The notes below the pieces were generated by a model, which saw only the letters and a program-made list of their open reading frames with translations, was not told where the DNA came from and did no database searches. A stretch of DNA of 64,000 nucleotides, taken from positions 124,001 to 188,000 of the forward strand of contig CT868665.1 of assembly GCA_000165425.1 (NCBI GenBank). Reading direction: 5' to 3'. Made by a program: the position numbers and the translations under genes. Source of the stretch: Paramecium tetraurelia. Lineage: Eukaryota. Shown piece by piece: positions 58,513-64,000 of the stretch (position 1 is its first letter; each line of letters opens with the position of its first letter).

Positions 58513-58792
58513 TCAAGGTCCTTCAGTTGGAGTTTCTGCACCCCCTGATCTTAATTTGCTGAAAATATGTAAGAGCACAACAATTCCCAAATATACAAGA
58601 CTGATTATTAATACAGTATTAGGTTAAACTTTTAAAGACGAAACATCGCCTGAATAGAAATTTAATCCTGATTAACCTCCTGTTTCAGATGATTTTGATG
58701 CTAGATGATATTTAGCCAATTATCTTACGACTCTTGCCACCTCCTTGTCTTCTTTTTAAAGCCTCCTTTATTAAATCCTTCTTTTCAGACAT
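58513..58792 (-). CDS. SEC61B: Protein translocon subunit Sec61 beta
   Basis: LNFYSGDVSSLKVQPNTVLIISLVYLGIVVLLHIFSKL; one 28-nt intron. Confidence 0.92.
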
Positions 58793-59866
58793 TTTTTATT
58801 TTTATTAATATGAATAATGTGCACGTCGTTTAATTAATAAATGTATTAGAATTGATCATTATAAAAATAGAATATTGATACATTTGTGAGCAGAGGTTAA
58901 ATAAAATCATTATCATTTACATGCTATTACAAAACAAAATTATAATTCTAGTTGTAGATAATACTATATGAAAATGAAATTCTTAATATAATCCTTTAAA
59001 AACACTTTTTCTTAAAGTATCATACAGATACTACACATAAGTATGAGAAAATTTTGATAAGATTCATTATTTGAAATATCAACATCAATAATCTCAAATT
59101 ATATTTGATCATAGTAATTAGAATATATAAATTTTTTAAAGTTTATTTTTTAATTTTATTCAGAAAAAAACTTTTAACAATTACATAATCGCATTAATCA
59201 GTGTATTTATAACTTTAAAGTACATAAGAATTAGAACTTTAAAATGCAATTTATGAATTATGAACCAGATTTAAATGAAATTCTAAATAGGGATGTATAT
59301 TTCACCAACCTCTAACTTTTTCTATTTTGAAGTTATTAGAAGCCTCATCAAACAATTATCCTAAGAAAGAGATATTTTGTTTTAAATCTATGCAAATTCA
59401 TAAGAAATATTAAAATATATATAATATTAAAAAAGGAAGATAAAAACAAAGGATATTGTTCAGGTAGAGGTAAAGAAACTTTTTTTATTGGATAATTAGT
59501 TAAAGCAAGAGCAGATGAATTTAAAAAAGCAATTCTAGAGTACACTCACACTAAAGATAAAAAAAAGAAGCCTTCTTTTATACAAAATTTCAAGATTGTT
59601 TTTTTTTTATAAAATAAAGAAATTTAACATAATACTAAATATTATTTTGCACATGCATATGTATTAAAAAATGGATTTTTAGTACAAAAAAAATTACATT
59701 CAAAGTGTCCTTTAGTGAGTAAATAGATAAGAGTGATTTAGAGAAAAACAGAAATTCCAGAACATCATTTGAATAAATTATAAATAGGCAGAAAGAATAT
59801 TAGGTGTTATTTATGAAGCTGATTGAGAAATAAAATAATGAAATTATGTAAAATTGATAAAAAAAG

Positions 59867-60448
59867 TCATTTTTTAATTAAAATTTTATGAATTCCTTTG
59901 GTGAGGTCTTGATGGAGTGCTTTTGGTATCAGTTTTTTATCCCTTGATGCCTTTTTTTGATTTTCTATAATATTACTTTGAAATGTTTATAAGTAATTGA
60001 TATCATCCACTTATATCAACTTATAATCAACTCCATTAGGTTCTTCTATAGGTTCATTACAATTATGCTCAATATTCCATTATTTTTGCTCAGAATCCTT
60101 TTCGTTTTAGTGGTCATTTAAGTATATATCAGTTTGAATGTAGGTGATTTCAGGTTATTATTAGATAGTATGGTTCAAATGAATTTGGACTCTAGCAAAA
60201 TTAGGTAATTCATTAGCTAAAGGGTTTTGAAGAGATTGTGGATTATATTCTTCTTCTATAGAAAAATTAGTTCCTCTTTTACCGAAGTTTGAGATGACTT
60301 CCGAGTCAAGGCAGGTTTCCAAACTTAAGTAAAGATCGTCAGAGTTTTAGGTTTTGGATTGACATTTTCGTTAAAGAGGTTTAATAAATTTTCTTTGGGT
60401 ATATTCTATCACCTGTTATTTTTATAATTAAAAGGTTTCTTCCTACAT
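59867..60448 (-). CDS. Hypothetical protein, 193 aa
   Basis: Intronless code-6 ORF MQEETFQLQKQQVIEY...HKILIKK* (582 nt). Confidence 0.6.
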
Positions 60449-60535
60449 TTAAAATATTACTAATCTAACTATTTAATTTATATATAATATATATATTATG
60501 CCGTAAGAGAAATAATAATTAAAATGCAGTAATAA

Positions 60536-63283
60536 TCATACAACAGGAATATTTTTTAAACTTTTAGAAAATTTCTTAACAGCCTTGATTACTAAAATGG
60601 CTGTTTTAATCTAGAAAGATTAAGATCAATATAAATACTCTGGCAGGTTTACGAATGTAATTTTACATTTTTTTAGTTCTTCTGTCTAACCTAAGAATTC
60701 TTTGTTGTTCATAAGTTAACACATTTCTATTTTAGGTTTTAGTAAAGAAATTAGAGATTTCTGCCACTTTTAATTCATAACAATAGTATTAAGCATAAGC
60801 AATAAGTTCTTCTTCACCAAAAGTCTAAGAATTTAAAGAAACATCAGTCATAATTTTGGCTTTCTATTTTTAATATTGAGGTATAATTTTAGATATATTG
60901 CTTTCTGGATAATAGATATGATATTCATGATATTTTTCAAAATTAGGGATGGATGAGAATTCCTTCCATTCTTTTTTACGTGACAATGATATTTTCTTAT
61001 GGAAATCTTCTAAATATTTATTAATCCTATCCAAAGCAACTTTATCGAATTGATCATCCTCTGATCCACATGAAATTGTTAGTTTTCCCTTGGGATCACG
61101 ACGGATGATAGTGGTAACTTTATTTGTGGTTCTAATTCTACGTCCAATAGATTCAGTACTGCGGCCGACAAAATCAATTTTACGATGTTTCAGTCTCACT
61201 GACGATTTGAATCTGCGATCGAAATTGTCTAATCTATTGATTTGATTAATGGCATTTTCATCGTCTTCTTCAGTTCGTATACTTTGAACTTCTGATTACT
61301 CTATGCTTATTAACATGTGAGATTTGTGTTCTTAATAGTATTGTATCTTCTTTTCAGTGTTTATGTACTTATCCTAAATGCGAGATATAAGTTTGTGATG
61401 AAATCGAGCATTGAAATCCATTCGATCCTTTCTAACAAAGGAAGACTATTAAACATGCTTTACTTATTATAAGAATGCCAAATAATGTGATGCCTATCTA
61501 ATATCAATCAATTAATTTACACTTAGAAGTGCAAAGACGGGCAATCTCTGGCAATATGATCATCCATCTAACACATATAACATCTTATGCTTATGGCACT
61601 ATAATCTTTATCAAAAACTATTTTGTGTCTGATTTTAAAGTAAGTTTGAACATCATTACTATGAGATCTTGCTAATTTGAGAAAATCACTTGAATTGATT
61701 ATGAAAATATTAGAGAAATCAACGCTTTTAGTGCTGGCAGTTCGTTTTTATCCAGAATAGAAACTGATTTCTCCAAAGAATTCATTCTTACCTTTCTTAT
61801 CAACTGAGATATTTGTTTTCTGAAAGTAGATGTCCACTTCTCCAGATTATATCATAAATATGTCATATGATTCTTATTCAGACTCATCAAATATGATTTC
61901 CTAAGGACAGAACACTTTCTCCTTCATTATGGGCATCACTTACTATACCAGAAAGTCGTAGGAATGATTTGACCAAAAGATATCCAAATAACCAAATAAT
62001 TTACCATTCACTTATTCTTATAACTCCTTTGATAAATCCACTGACAAAGCTCCAGTTATCTATTACAAAACTACTCCTCCATTCCTATCCCACACATATT
62101 CCAAATACTTTCTGATTTTATTCTGAAGTGTCTCAGGAATCTTGGCTTTTTTCATATATTTATTTACTTAACTCAGCTTATCCTTAGTTTGACTTGACTT
62201 TTCACTTATTTTTTATAATGCAAACCCAATTGAATTCATTGTGAAAGCAAAACCACCACAAGCAATTAATAATAAAAAAATACCTAGAAATCTTTCAGTT
62301 GGATTTAATGGACTTATGTCTCCATATCCAACTGTAGTCATTGTTGTCACTCCCCAATACAATGAATTTATATATCTGATATACCAATCAGCATCGTACA
62401 AATCTCCCAACCATGAAATATTCTTATCCTCCTATTATGCAGTAAAGTGGAATATACAACCTAACAGATGTGCAAAAAATAACACAAACAAAAACAACTT
62501 GCCAAATGTTAATATTGCTGCCAATATTGAATTCAATTGCAGTATCTCATTAAATTTATCCATTATCTTCTTCAATTTGGCCAATCTCAGTAATTTTAAT
62601 ATCTTTATGAATCTCAAAAACTTCAGTAATCTCAACAGTTTTGCACTCTGGATGAAATTTGATGATTCATCCAATATTATATCATAAGGGAATGTAGTTG
62701 TGAAATCTACCCAAAACCAAAATTAGACGTAATCCTTAATTATTGCATTCCGATTCATCTTTAATAATCCATCTTCAAAAATACCAGTATTGAAATTCAA
62801 TAGGATATCAAATGCAAAGATTCCTGTCGACACTCTTGAAAATTCTACACTTACATCAATCTCAAAACTTATTTATAAAGGAATGCTTATCATCTCGTAC
62901 ATCACTAATCCAAGACATAATAAGTCCCACATCATCTTCAATGACCCATCAGGACTTAAAATATATGGTTTTTCTATAGTACATCCTTTAATTATTTTTT
63001 TCAATAATCCTCTTAAACGCAATTAAAATTTCTCCCAATTAAACTCCACATATGACATTGCACTTGATCTTCTCTAAACAAAAATCAATCCCATACTCTT
63101 TCTCCAATTAAGTTTTTTCTTTGTTTTCTAAAGTACTTTAAATTCCTTCTTCTATTCCTTAATTTCCTCTTCATCTGAGTTCTCACTCAACACCAACTTG
63201 TCTCCTAAGAAATTATACTCTTTGCCCTCCAACACCTAGAGACTTTGATTGTTAGCCTACTCTATATACTATCTATGAAGCAT
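60536..63283 (-). CDS. Voltage-gated K+ channel with a cyclic-nucleotide-binding homology domain (EAG/CNBD-type)
   Basis: S4 LLRLLKFLRFIKILKLLRLAKLKK, pore YWGVTTMTTVGYGDISP, C-linker, CNBD FFGEISFYSGQKRTAS, then a CCHC motif. Confidence 0.95.
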
Positions 63284-63460
63284 TAGTATTTAATTTATAA
63301 TTATATATATAGATCACAATATTTTCAAATAATTTAGCTTATCAAAACTTAAAGTAATTTGATGTCTTAGATTATTAATAAATAAAACAACAAATAATAA
63401 TTATTTATAATTCTTTGTACTTGAATAACATAATTATTTTTTTATTTAATCAATCAAAAG

Positions 63461-64000
63461 TCATTCTTATTGATTCTAACTCATTTATTGAAAACATTAA
63501 AATTATTAATAATAGTTTTGTACTTATTAATTTCCTTAATCTTGATGCTACAAAGATTATTAGAAAGCAAACTACTACTATTAATGCTAGAATGACTATT
63601 AAAATTAAGGAGAAATCATCTACTATTGCAATTGATACATCATCATATTTTATTATAAAAGCATTGCTTAGTATTATTGAAATTCAATAGGAGATTTAAA
63701 TTATTACTATTATTATTATTATTATTATTATTATTAAAACCATTGATACTATTATGCCATCAGCTGTTATTACTACAAATATTATTGATATTGCATTTAA
63801 TTTGAACTAAATTTTTATTTTTAGTCATATATTTATTAAAGCTATTTATTCTTTTCTTATTATTTAGTAGGTTTAGTAGATTCATTCGAATTGACCTTTT
63901 AAGCAAATCGTTTGACATTATAATTTGATAGAGAAAACTTTAATACTATCTAGCCATGATGATTGAGAAAATGACTATCATGTAACCTGTTCAGTAATGC
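63461..64000 (-). CDS. 3' end of a Gln-rich low-complexity protein, possibly RRM-containing (5' end lies outside the window)
   Basis: Open code-6 frame ALLNRLHDSHFLNHHGQIVLKFS (like the end of an RRM) followed by a Q/Y/M-rich tail; TGA at 63461-63463. Confidence 0.6.

Noticed and set aside
58800..59860. Possible + strand gene (open stretch about 59330-59816)
   Set aside because: No in-frame ATG or clear splice solution and no recognisable domain; may be a relic but I cannot support it.
62241..63026. + strand ORFs of 148 aa and 78 aa
   Set aside because: Antisense shadows of the K+ channel TM region; no independent motifs.

Overview
AT-rich, very gene-dense eukaryotic DNA from a ciliate macronuclear genome, almost certainly Paramecium. 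TAA/TAG read as Gln, TGA is the only stop, and genes carry tiny (20-28 nt) GT..AG introns, so the supplied standard-code ORF track is fragmented and partly antisense noise. Manual retranslation with genetic code 6 gives about 37 genes plus about 4 apparent decayed gene relics. Recognisable genes: ORC1/CDC6 (3' part), adrenodoxin reductase, glycine-cleavage H protein, an ELYS-like protein, a Ser/Thr kinase, an arrestin-fold protein, GRASP, Tctex-1, a cNMP-binding protein, PP2C, V-ATPase E, a divergent beta-like tubulin, a Chorein-N (VPS13-like) protein, otubain, vWA, MORN, a membrane RING, stomatin, an RBR ligase, a CDPK, WD40, NOP10, Sec61beta and a CNBD K+ channel. I saw no mobile element, RNA gene, telomere tract or CRISPR array, and no convincing novel multi-gene system. 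The best leads are: the beta-like tubulin with a shortened M-loop and an alpha-type EEY tail; the ELYS-like protein; extreme gene packing (a 9-nt head-to-head spacer and overlapping stop codons); the FDXR-GCSH pair; and a CCHC zinc knuckle in the K+ channel. All family calls come from motifs recognised by eye, not database searches, and exon boundaries are manual predictions.
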